A stretch of DNA of 47,212 nucleotides from Octopus bimaculoides. Its lineage: Eukaryota. Below, one piece after another: positions 1 to 10,409 of the stretch (position 1 is its first letter; each line of letters begins with the position of its first letter). A program made the translations under genes and the position numbers. Below the pieces are notes generated by a model. It was not told the origin of the DNA. It worked only from the letters and a program-made list of their open reading frames with translations, and searched no databases. The stretch covers positions 2,269,200-2,316,411 of the forward strand of contig NC_069005.1 of assembly GCF_001194135.2 (NCBI RefSeq), read 5' to 3'.

Positions 1-592
1 TTTATATATATATATTTATATATATATATTTATATATATATATTTATATATATATATTTATATATATATATTTATATATATATATTTATATATATATATT
101 TATATATATAACATTTTTGTATACATTCATAGTCAGAGAATCAGTTTTTTTTCTTAGGAAAATGATTTTTCAAGCCAAATGCTGGAAAATGTACAAACGA
201 ATACAGTTCTAGGTGTGTGTGACGGAGTGTATGCATGAGTGTGTGTGTTTATGTGTGTGTACGTATGTATATAAAATTGTATGTTTGTGTCTGTACGTGT
301 GTGTATGTGTGTGTATATATATATATATATACATACATACACATATGTATATACATATAAATATATACATACATATATATATATATATATACATACATAC
401 ATATATATATATATATACATACATACACATATGTATATACATATAAATATATACATACATATATATATATATGTATGTATATGTATGTATGTATATATAT
501 ATATGCATATATATATATGCATATATAAATATATATATATATACATATATATCTTCATATAAAAAGAAATATATATACAAATATATATGCAT

Positions 593-632
<40 letters not shown>
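1..632. repeat. (TA)n-based compound microsatellite; 14-bp TTTATATATATATA unit at 1-110, (TG)n/(TA)n/(TACA)n beyond
   Basis: Directly visible; source of the YIYI/CVCV ORFs at 154-740. Confidence 0.95.
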
Positions 633-688
633 NNNNNNNNNNNNNNNNNNNNNNNNNNNNNNNNNNNNNNNNNNNNNNNNNNNNNNNN

Positions 689-780
689 TTCCTTACCAAC
701 CACATGGTTCCGGGTTCAGTCCCACTGTGTGACACCTTAGGAAAGTGTCTTCTACTATACCCTCGGCCCGACCAAAGCCG
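689..780 (+). mobile_element. SINE-A tRNA-derived head fragment
   Basis: CCACATGGTTCCGGGTTCAGTCCCACTG..CACCTTAGGAAAGTGTCTTCTACTATA..GACCAAAGCC, also found at 7030, 10850 and 34030; B-box-like GGTTCAGTCC. Confidence 0.85.
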
Positions 781-787
781 TCTCCTT

Positions 788-937
788 AAGTTCTGAGTTC
801 AAATTCCCCGCAAGGTCGACTTTGCATTTCTTCACATTCAGGGTCGATAAGATAAGTACCAGTGGAACACTGGGGTCGATGTAATCGATTTAATCCCTCC
901 TCGAAATTACTGGCCTTGTGCCACTAATTTGAAACCA
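788..937 (+). mobile_element. SINE-B, 5'-truncated
   Basis: GTTCTGAGTTCAAATTCC..GGTCGACTTTGC..ATAAGTACCAG..CTGGGGTCGATGTAATCGA..GGCCTTGTGCC..TTTGAAACC, matching more than 10 other copies in the window. Confidence 0.85.
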
Positions 938-960
938 GTGTAGTTTGCTTGTTTATATTC

Positions 961-1430
961 ACAACTGGTTGAGCCGGACTTCCAGCTCAATCCGAGACCA
1001 TAGCAACGCTTGAACATCCCGTTTAAGTTCTTACGTGGCTGAATGCCTTACACCGACTCCGTGGTGCATCTGAACCAAGTGGGAGGTCTTCAGCCTGGTA
1101 GGGGATCCTATGTCGACCTGAGGACGGTCGTTCTCGAGCTTTTCTATCGAAAACTGATGCTTGCTTTCTTCCTGAGATGTTGTTAGAAGTTGTAGTTCGT
1201 TGAAAAAGCTTCTTGACTTCAGCTGTTTGGCTGAAAATTGACGTCAGAGGAAGAAGTGACATTTATCCCTTGTTCATCACTTCCTGGTAGCTGACTTAAT
1301 AGTTCAATTATTATAGCGTTTGATCTGCTTCTTTAGTTAATATGGTTCCCAATGATTTATGCTTCCAGCTGAGTTTGTGTCTGTGACGATTCCATCATCG
1401 TATACATATCTTCCAATTCTTCTCCATCTC
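961..1430 (-). pseudogene. Degenerate RTE-like LINE, region C-terminal to the RT core
   Basis: Minus-strand fragments in shifting frames, in the order expected for RTE ORF2: DGEELEDM, KSLGTILT, SVFDRK, RSRCKAFSHVR (cf. RLRWFGHVxR), VQALLW; many stops. Confidence 0.45.
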
Positions 1431-1467
1431 ACGGTTATTTTTTTTTTACCTTTTGTCTTTTACTTAT

Positions 1468-1905
1468 TTAACCCTTTTAAAACGGTTGACGTAAATTTAC
1501 GCACGCTATGCGCATACTTTAAAATCGGCCGGCGTAATTATACGCCGCCTGACTTAGAACCTGTCGCCTGAGTTAGTACCGGTCCACCTGCCAACTGATA
1601 GACCGATTAGATGTTTCATGTAAATATTTACGACCCGATAGGCTGGTCCCTCCACTCCGGCTCTGTCAACTTTGTCGTCGCATCCTGTTTCGTTGAATTT
1701 ACGGTCGTTGCGTCCTACCACTCCGGCTCTGTCAGCTTCGTCGTCGAGTCGTGTTTCGTTGAATGTATGGTCGTCGCTCCCAGCTACACCAGGCGACACC
1801 GCCTCACCAGTTGTTTCTTCCGGTTCGGACAATGACTCGGCGAGTGAATATTTTCCTAGTTCAGAATCTGCTGATTCCGATAGCGATGAGGATATTCCGG
1901 TGAAT
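1468..1905 (+). mobile_element. piggyBac-like element, left end and acidic N-terminal remnant
   Basis: TTAA (1468-1471) followed by CCCTTTT; subterminal repeats GACGTAAATTTACG / GGCGTAATTATACG; acidic SDNDSASEYFPSSESADSDSDED; cut at 1906 by a SINE-A head; no right end found. Confidence 0.5.
1652..1780. repeat. Two imperfect 66-bp tandem repeats (CCACTCCGGCTCTGTCA...)
   Basis: Units start at 1652 and 1718; frame-preserving (22 codons). Confidence 0.9.
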
Positions 1906-1937
1906 CAAGCTTCTTACCACACAGCCACGCTTGCGCC
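1906..1937 (-). mobile_element. SINE-A extreme 5' head fragment
   Basis: Reverse complement GGCGCAAGCGTGGCTGTGTGGTAAGAAGCTTG matches the head at 6986. Confidence 0.75.
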
Positions 1938-2159
1938 TATATGTTGTTGACGTAACTTTGATTTCATTTTTACCAAATTCCTCATAAATAAATATTTTAG
2001 GTTCTACAGTCTTTCAAACTTTTACTTGTCTTCTGCCACTGGACTACAACCATCCTTGAGCTCCGACTTAAAGATTTTAGCAGAACAACTTGACCAATAA
2101 CAGTTGTTAAACAGAGGAGGCCAAAAAAACAAAAAGCTTTATACGCGCACACACACACA

Positions 2160-2320
2160 CAGCGAGATTTCACATATTTTCCGGTATATCAAATTTATTT
2201 TCAAGGCATTGGTTAGCCTGGAAATATAATGGATAACACCCAAAATGCCGTGCAGTGGAACTGAACCCGAAATGACACTGTTGCAATGCTAAGGTATTAA
2301 CTTCTAAACAATACAGTCAC
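2160..2320 (-). mobile_element. Degenerate SINE-A head
   Basis: CAAGGCATTGGTT..CCTGG..ACACCCAAAATGCCGTGCAGTGGAACTGAACCCG is the reverse complement of the SINE-A head. Confidence 0.65.
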
Positions 2321-2989
2321 ACTTGCACCAAATAACAACCATTTCAAAGCATGAGCTTCTGCTAGAAAGAACAGCCAAAATCGCCTTCAATAACACTGAT
2401 ATAAAAAAAAAGCAAAAAAAAAAAAAATAATAAAAGGAGCAAATTCAGACATTACAAATTTAGACAACTCTAAAAAGTCGGGGTGGTCACGGTGCCGATC
2501 ACTTTACGCATCGGTCAGATCGATCATGATTCGAACTTGTAGAGTTAACAGCCAAATCTCTTATAAATCACACCTTACCGTCTTCTATGAAGGACGATCT
2601 TGTTATGGGTTGTCTAAGAAGTCTTTGAAGAAACCTGATCGGTAATGATCAATGTCGAGATAGAAAAACGAGAATTGACGCATGAAACAAAAGAAATGAT
2701 ATGTTACGTATTTTACCTTCGAACTCCCAATTAAAATATCGAACCTAAAACGGATGAGTGCATAGTAAATGATCTCTCGCGTCTCTGTTTTTAAGTGAAA
2801 GGTTGATATCGTTTTCTGGACGACTCGGATGTGAAAATTGTCGAGACCAAAAAACATCGTGAAAGAGCGAAGCCAACAAATGAATTAAAAAAGAACAAAA
2901 CACTAAGAGAAAAATAAAAGAAAAAAGAAAGCAAAAGACCTCCAATAGTCCTCTAATGAAAATCTAATGGTCTTAATTGTCTCTTAAAA

Positions 2990-3011
2990 AGATATTAATT
3001 TATTTAATTTT

Positions 3012-3046
<35 letters not shown>

Positions 3047-3310
3047 GTTGTGTTGTCATTATTCATATTATAATCGTTGCTGATGTTATTATTAATATCG
3101 TCATCATCACCATCATCATCACCACCATTATTAACATCACCATTATCATCATCATCATCATCATCTCTCATTATCCTCATCGTCATCATCGACGTCGTCT
3201 TCTTCATGTCGTTACTATTGTTTTTGAATGTTGTTGTTGTTACTGTTATCATTTCCTTTATTACCACTATAATTATTCGTTTTCTTGTTGCTGTCGCTGT
3301 CGTTATAATT
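2990..3310. repeat. Compound trinucleotide array (TTA/CAT/TCG/TTG)
   Basis: Directly visible. Confidence 0.9.
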
Positions 3311-4199
3311 TAATGGGAGGGGAAATGCTTTAAAACCGAAATTAAAAAAAAAAATGCCATGTATAAACCAAAATTAAAAAAAATACACATCCATCCATCC
3401 ATACATACATACATATATATATACATACACACACAGGCACACACACACACATACACTGATACACACACACACACACATAGTTTAAGGGTGAGAGAAAGAA
3501 AGAAAACAAGAAAAGCGTAAAGCGTAGTTTCTAGAAGTTGCAATAACTATTTTTTGTTATTTTATTTTCAGTTTTGTCCTTTTTTTTGTTTTTTCAAAAT
3601 TATTCCTGTTTATTTTTCATCTTGTTTTTTTAATTATATTCTTAATAATATTGATCATGAGAATGGTGAGGCTGCTGATGATGGTGATCATGATTATGTT
3701 GACGACACTGGTTTTTTTCTCTTTTTGTATTTGTTCTTGAATTTAAGGGAGGAAAAACCGAACCAAAAACAAAGACGAAAAAAATAGTTTAAATTGTGAA
3801 TCATTTTAAAGTCGTCAGCCCTCACATTCTGTATGTGTGTATGTGCGTGCGCACATGTGTGTGTGTGTATTTGTGTGAGTCTGTTTCTATGTGCTTGACT
3901 CTACGTGTTTGTATATTTGACTACTTGTTTACATTTTTAGGTTTTTGCTTTCCATATTCTGTTGTTTATATGGTCGTTTGTTAATTTCTGTGTGTGTGTG
4001 TGTGTGTGTGTGCGTATGCGTATGTGAGTGTGCATGTGTGTGCATGTATCTGTATGTGGTTGTATGAGAGACTGCGTGTACGTGTGTGTGTTTGTGAGTA
4101 AATGAATTTTCATTGTGAATGAGTGTGTGCGTGTGTAGAATGTGTTTTTAAGAGTAGAGGAGGTCAACAATAATTTTAGAGAGCGAGAGCATAGCAAGT

Positions 4200-4625
4200 A
4201 ATAATAGAGGTAGTGGGGTTTTATTTGGTGGGGGTGGGGTTAGTCTTTGTTTCTATTGTTGTTTTAATATTGTAGTGGTGGTGGTGGCGGTGCTGGTGGT
4301 AAGGGCGTAATTGAGGTGCTGAAGGTAAAGTTAGTAGTGGGGATGGTGTTGGTGGTGGCGTTTGTAGAAGCAAAAGAAGAATTATGTTATAATGATGTCG
4401 GTCATGATAATAAATACATCATTAGCGATGATGTTACTGTTGATGTTAATAATGATAATGGCGATGATGATTATGATGGCGATGATGATGATGATGGTGA
4501 TGAGAATGATGATGATGATGTTGTTGATGATGATAATGGCGATGATGATGATGATGATGATAAAAGAAGGCATAAAATGATGTAAGAGAAAAGACATCAA
4601 TATCATAATAATAATAATAATAATA
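4200..4625. repeat. Compound (GGT)/(GAT)/(TAA) array
   Basis: Directly visible. Confidence 0.9.
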
Positions 4626-4819
4626 GCACAAGGTCAGCAATTTTGGGTGAGTAGTAAGTCGATTACATTGACCCCAGAGTTCAACTGGTACTTAATTTAT
4701 CGACCCCAAAATGATGAAAAGCAAAGTCGACCTCGGTGTAATTCGATCTCAGAACAGGAAGACTCACGGATTGCCGCTAAGCATGTTGCCCAGAGTACCA
4801 AATATTTTGCCACCTTGCC
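4626..4819 (-). mobile_element. SINE-B near full length
   Basis: Reverse complement of the 5787 copy; abuts (TAA)n at 4606-4625. Confidence 0.85.
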
Positions 4820-4853
4820 AAAAATGAAGATAACAATAACAAAAATAGTAACA

Positions 4854-5063
4854 ATCCTTTCTACTAGAGGAACAAGGCCTGAAATTTACGGGGAGGGGAC
4901 TAGTCGCTTACATCAACCCCCGTGATTCACTGGTACTTAACTGATCGACCCCGAAAGGATGAAAAGTAAAATCGCCCTCGGTGCAATTTGATCTCAGAAT
5001 ATGAAGACGGACGGATTGCCGATAAACACCTTATCCGGCGCGCCAACGATTTTGCCAGCTTAC
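4854..5063 (-). mobile_element. SINE-B near full length, tandem with the previous copy
   Basis: AGTCG..CATCAACCCC..ACTGGTACTTA..ATCGACCCCGAAAGGATGAAA..TTTGCCAGCT. Confidence 0.85.
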
Positions 5064-5095
5064 CAATATTATTATTATCATTATTATTATTGTTG

Positions 5096-5131
<36 letters not shown>

Positions 5132-5157
5132 TTGATAATGATGAGGATTATGTTAAT

Positions 5158-6049
5158 AAGCTGCTCGAGATCAGAGCTTATTGACTGGGAACTATCAAGC
5201 CAACATGATGAAAAATAGTGTAGGCTCAAAGCGTTGATACTGCAACGATGGGATTGAATCAGTGGACCACCCAATCCCTGGGTGTAAGGTTTTAGCACCT
5301 GTAGAGTATCAATCAAGACATGACAGAGTTGGCCAATATCTACATTGGATAATGTGTCGGTATGATAAGAGCAAAACTGCTGACAAATGGTAAAAGCACC
5401 ACCCCGAGGTTGTAACTGAGGAAGAAAATGTAACGATTATTTGGGACTTTCCAGTATGTACAGATCGGACCAGCAAACCTAATAAACCAGATATTGTTGC
5501 GAAAGACCCAAGCAATGAAAGTCTGTTTATTGATTTACATGATCTTACCCTGTGACCATAATGTCTTGGCAAAAGAATTTATTAAAGTTCAGAAAATATA
5601 AAGGTTTGCTAATCGAAATCGAAAAGATGTGGCATCTCAAGACGGTGATAATATCAGTGATTGTTGGAGCACTTGGAATGATCAAAAAAAGGAACTGAAA
5701 ATTATTTAAGAATGATCCCTGGCTTACCATCCATGCAGGAAAGTGCAAACGATTGTCGTAACTGCTATGTCACACGTATCGAGAAAAGGCGGCGAGCTGG
5801 CAGAAACGTTAGCACGCCGGGCGAAATGCTTGGCGGTATTTCGTCTGCCGCTACGTTCTGAGTTCAAATTCCGCCGAGGTCGACTTTGCCTTTCATCCTT
5901 TCGGGGTCGATTAAATAAGTACCAGTTACGCACTGGGGTCGATATAATCGACTTAATCCGTTTGTCTGTCTTTGTTTGTCCCCTATGTGTGTAGCCCCTC
6001 GAGGGCAGTAAAGAAATAACACGTATCGAGAACAGCATTGTCGCTGTGA
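5158..6049 (+). pseudogene. R4/Dong-like (restriction-like endonuclease) non-LTR retrotransposon, ORF C-terminus, 5'-truncated, split by a SINE-B at 5786-6018
   Basis: AARDQSLL / NYQANMMKNS / YCNDGIESVDHPIPGCKVLAPVEYQSRHDRVGQYLHW (zinc knuckle-RHD) / IIWDFPV / PNKPDIV (PD of PD-D/ExK) / IEIEKMWHLK / VIVGALGMIK / SHVSRTALSL* with stop at 6047-6049 once the SINE is removed; begins right after a (TAA)n tract. Confidence 0.85.
5786..6018 (+). mobile_element. SINE-B full length with 14-bp target-site duplication
   Basis: Head GGCGGCGAGCTGGCAGAA (A-box-like), GAGTTCAAATTCC (B-box); ACACGTATCGAGAA at 5772-5785 and 6019-6032. Confidence 0.92.
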
Positions 6050-6269
6050 ATTTTCTTTCTTTTTTTTCTTTTCTATATTCTTTGTTTACTTACTTTTTTA
6101 ATTTTTCACTTTCTCTGTCCGTTTCTCATCCCCCTTTTTCTCTATCACATGACTTTGTAAATGAACAATCTGGCGTGTTTATTTTAATGGCCTACCAGTG
6201 TGTACAGTCAGTTTCTCTACCCTAGGTGTCAGGAAGACACTCGGCAAGAAGTGGAAACATAATTGAAAG

Positions 6270-6312
6270 ATGATGACAATAATAATATAATGATAATGAT
6301 GATGATGATGAT

Positions 6313-6352
<40 letters not shown>

Positions 6353-6930
6353 GTGATGATGCATTTGGTGTTCATGTTATTGTAGCTGCAGCTCTTGATG
6401 GCAATGATGACGATGAAAGCGACGCTGACGACGACGACGGCAGCAACATCCGTGTGAAAAATGTCAAACTTAAAACTAACACCAATGGTGTAGTTTTCGT
6501 GTTGCTGAAAAACACCTCGTAAAGTATTTCCTGTGGTAATTGCCTTCACGGTTTCGAAACGGAATATTAACAGTAAACAACAAAAACAACTACACCAGAT
6601 GCATAAAAAACAAACAAAAAAACCCGCGAACAACAATAACAGTAACAAAAAGAATATGGCGGTGGACACCGACGATGTCGACGGCGACGATCACAATGAC
6701 ATTAAGGTCATTAACAAAAATTACAGAAGCAATTAATACAAATCACAACAACACAAACATTAGGAAGGAAAATAATTAACAACAAGATTAAACAACAACA
6801 ACAACAGCAAACAACATCAACAACAGCGGAAGTGACAATTAGAGATGCAATTAATATTAGCAAAAATTAAAAAAAAAACAACAACAATGACAAAAGCAAG
6901 ACCAACAACAACAACAACAACGGCTTCAGC
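6270..6930. repeat. Compound trinucleotide array (GAT/TAA/GAC/CAA)
   Basis: Directly visible. Confidence 0.85.
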
Positions 6931-6985
6931 TCACAGTGGCAAAAACAACACAATAATGTTTACTGAATAACGACAGACATGATAC

Positions 6986-7163
6986 GTGGCGCATGCGTAG
7001 CTGTGTGGTAAGAAGTTCGCGTCCCAGCCACATGGTTTCGGGTTCAGTCCCGCTGCGTGGTACCTTGGGCAAGTGTCTTCTCTTAAAGTCTCACACCAAC
7101 AAAGCCTTGTGATTGGATGTGGTAGAAGGAAACTGAAAGAAGCCCATCGTTTATATATATATA

Positions 7164-7212
<49 letters not shown>

Positions 7213-7400
7213 GTATGTGTGTGTGGACGGGGACTGAGTGTATCTGTGTATTTGTCTGCACCACCGCTTTACACCCGGTGTTGGTGTGTTCAGCAAAAGA
7301 AACCGACAGTATAAGTACCAAATATAAATATAAATTCTGCAAGGCGATGCTCCAGCATGGCCGAAGTCTAATTCCTGCTACGGGTAAAAGATAAAAGATA
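6986..7400 (+). mobile_element. SINE-A full length with internal (TA)n(TG)n
   Basis: tRNA-like head 6986-7150, microsatellite 7151-7230, tail CCACCGCTT..CCGGTGTTGGTGTGTT..ATAAGTACC..GCTCCAGCATGGCC..GTAAAAGATAAAAGA. Confidence 0.9.
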
Positions 7401-8329
7401 TTTTAAAAAAAACGAAGAATACACACCACCACCACCAAATCATCAAACCACCACCACCACCACCACCCCACCATCACCATCACCAAATCACCACCACCAA
7501 TTCTTCCACAAAGAGAGATAGTCGGGTGGAGGATCAGAAAGAAAAGAGTGAGAAAAGGAGAATAATCAACCCTGTTAAACGACAGGTACTTTATTTATCG
7601 ACCTCTAAATGATGAGAAGCAAAACAGTTTATAAAATTTAATTACACTAATATTTTCAGAAGATAACTAATAGCATCCATTAGCAACTACGAAATAAAAC
7701 ACCACACCAATCTCTGTATGGGTTTTGTCCCATTGTTACAATGCTTTAAAAAAACGAGCGAGGATAATACAGCGCTCGAACTAAAAGAAATAACAGGTAG
7801 GCAGATTTTGTTAAACGTGAGCCGTACGTTACACTTAAAGACCATATTCAGAACTTTAACTATAACGCCAAACGTAGATGAATTAATCCCGAAATTAGAT
7901 TAATTAACAAGTGAATTTTAAGCAGTGTTATATCACCATTAAGAAACTAACCTCCAGTAATGGATTAAAGACATTAGTTGGTTAAAGGATATTAATAATA
8001 AAATTAACTTCTAAATTCACACTATTTGACATTATCGAGTTTTATCCGTGTACATCGAAATTCAAGCTCGCGAGTACCTTGGAATTCGCTACCAGTTGTA
8101 ATACTATATAAAAAAAAAAGAGACCGTAGAGGATTACTTATTGTTACTCAGAGTTATATTTGCATTGGAAATGAGTTAAGGAAACATAAATGAGGAAAAT
8201 ATAAAGTATTCGTGTTCAACGGACATCAGATGACAAGTTGGAGAGTTGAAATGTTATCATTATAAACAATTATAGTTATTTGCATGGTGACATATATATG
8301 CATGTGTGTATGTGTATACATACACATCG

Positions 8330-8400
8330 GTCCGACCAAAGCCTGGTGAGTGGATTTGGTAGACGGAAACTGGAAGAAGCACGTCGTATATGTATGTATA
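8330..8400 (+). mobile_element. SINE-A head 3' fragment
   Basis: CCGACCAAAGCCTGGTGAGTGGATTTGGTAGACGGAAACTGGAAGAAGC followed by (TA)n. Confidence 0.8.
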
Positions 8401-8660
8401 TATATATATATATATGAATAAAAATTTAAAAACTATAAAAAAGGGTTTTGTATGATCGTGTATAGAGGAATATATTATTTAAAAGAGTTCAAACTCTGTC
8501 TGTTTTTTTAATGTTTTATTTATTTTCTTATAAAATTAATGTGGGATATAGAATATGGAATATATAATATAAATAGTAAAATGAAATGAAGTATTGAATG
8601 TCTTATTGAGTATTAAATATAGAGTATAAAATATATAAGGACTAGTATACTTTCCTGCAG

Positions 8661-8713
<53 letters not shown>

Positions 8714-8734
8714 TACACACACACACACAAACAT

Positions 8735-8772
<38 letters not shown>

Positions 8773-8774
8773 CT

Positions 8775-8980
8775 ATGTGTGTCTGTCCCCCACCTCCACT
8801 ACTTGACAACCGGTGCTGGTGTGTTTACGTCGACCTGACTTAGCGGTTCAGTAAAAGAGACAGATAGAATAAGTACTGGGCTTACAACGAATAAGTCTTT
8901 GGATCGATTTCTTTGGCTAAAACCCTTTAAGAACGTGCTCCAGCATGGCTGCAGTCTAATGACTGAAACAAGTAAAAGAG
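8775..8980 (+). mobile_element. SINE-A tail half
   Basis: GTCTGTCCCCCACC..CTTGACAACCGGTGCTGGTGTGTTTACGT..GTGCTCCAGCATGGCTGCAGTCTAATGACTGAAACAAGTAAAAGAG, preceded by (TA)n(CA)n. Confidence 0.85.
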
Positions 8981-10131
8981 TACACACACGCACAAACACA
9001 CACACACACACACATACGCATTAATATTTCTGTTTATGCGTATGTATCTATGTGTATATATGTATATATGCATACGCTCGTTTACACATGCAGAAATTCA
9101 CGTGTGCATATGCGTTTGTATGTTTGTGTGTGTGTGTGTGTGTTATGAATAAATTGGGCAAAGAATTCTATTTGAAAAGAGGCGATAAAAGTTGGAAAGC
9201 ATATTGCTAAGAAGAGTAAAAGTTTAAAAACAAAATAGCGTATCATTAAATTTGAACGTGTTTGGGTTTGGAGAAGAAAGGCGGGGAAAAGAAAGAAAGA
9301 AAGAAAGAAAGGAAGGAAGGTGGGAGGAAAGTGAAGAAAGGAGGAAAGAAAGATCAAGCATTATAAAAAGAAAACTGCGAAAGAAATTTACACTCGTGTC
9401 AAAATTTAGCAAACCATAAATTGATTTCTGAGAAACTGATAACATTAGGATTTTGATCAATTAAAAAGATATAAAAACAATTATTTCTATAGTTTCACAA
9501 TTATTTCACAATTCTTTTTGCTTTGTCCGCGTTGAATGAACTCAATACAACGAATGACGAAGAAGGAGAAAGAAGCTAAAATAATATAAATTTTAAAGCG
9601 AAAGAAATTTTTACATATTATTCAAAGAAAAAGAAATATTATGGTGCTTTAATTCGAGAAATACGATTTGGAAACGTAAAAGAGGAATACTAATGTTCGA
9701 AATGAAATAACAATGGGTATGTGTTTAAAAAGTGTAAAAATCTTGTTGGGAAATTGCCTAAAACATGTGATGTAAGCGAACTGATATTAAAACAGCTTAT
9801 ATTGTATCAACTAAGTTAATATTTTGAGTGAAAATTGGAGCCTCTACGCTCTACTTGCTAGAATAACCAGCTAAATTTCCATCAAATCACACACCATTAA
9901 AAATGTTGTTGCTATTATATGTATAGGTACATTGGATAATGTAGTTTTAAATATAATGGCTGAAATAAATAAATAAATAAATAAATTGGAACTAACGAAA
10001 TGGTTTCGGGTTCGATCGCATTGCATGGCTGCTTCGGCATGTGATCTCTGCTCTAGTTTCTGGACGACCAAAAACTTGAGAGTTGATTTGTTAGAGGGAA
10101 GTTGAAAGAAGCCCGACATCTATCTATCTTA

Positions 10132-10291
10132 GAAAAAATAATAAGGTACTCAGATATCTGGATGATTGTACAATATTTGAAAAACCTACAATAATACGTG
10201 CAAGCGCTAATAATTATAAAACATGTTACATATTAATAAAAATCTCTAAATGTACAACCGTCCAGATATCTGAGTACTTTATTAATTTTTC
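10132..10291. mobile_element. MITE-like element with about 42-bp terminal inverted repeats and TA flanks
   Basis: AGAAAAAATAATAAGGTACTCAGATATCTGGATGATTGTACA (10131-10172) versus the reverse complement of 10251-10292; TA on both sides. Confidence 0.65.
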
Positions 10292-10353
10292 TAATATATA
10301 TTTCCTGTACATCACCTCCAAACTTTCCAATATATATACATATACATATATAC

Positions 10354-10409
<56 letters not shown>

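Noticed and set aside
154-740. Long YIYI/CVCV/HTHT ORFs here and throughout (e.g. 21534-22042, 25361-25853, 37151-38337, 45843-46851)
   Set aside because: Translations of (TA)n/(CA)n/(TACA)n microsatellites, often extended through N gaps; no coding signal
4626-5063. CRISPR-like repeat-spacer array (recurring GGGGTCGAT motifs)
   Set aside because: Repeats are parts of dispersed 200-bp SINEs; no regular repeat/spacer period and no cas genes
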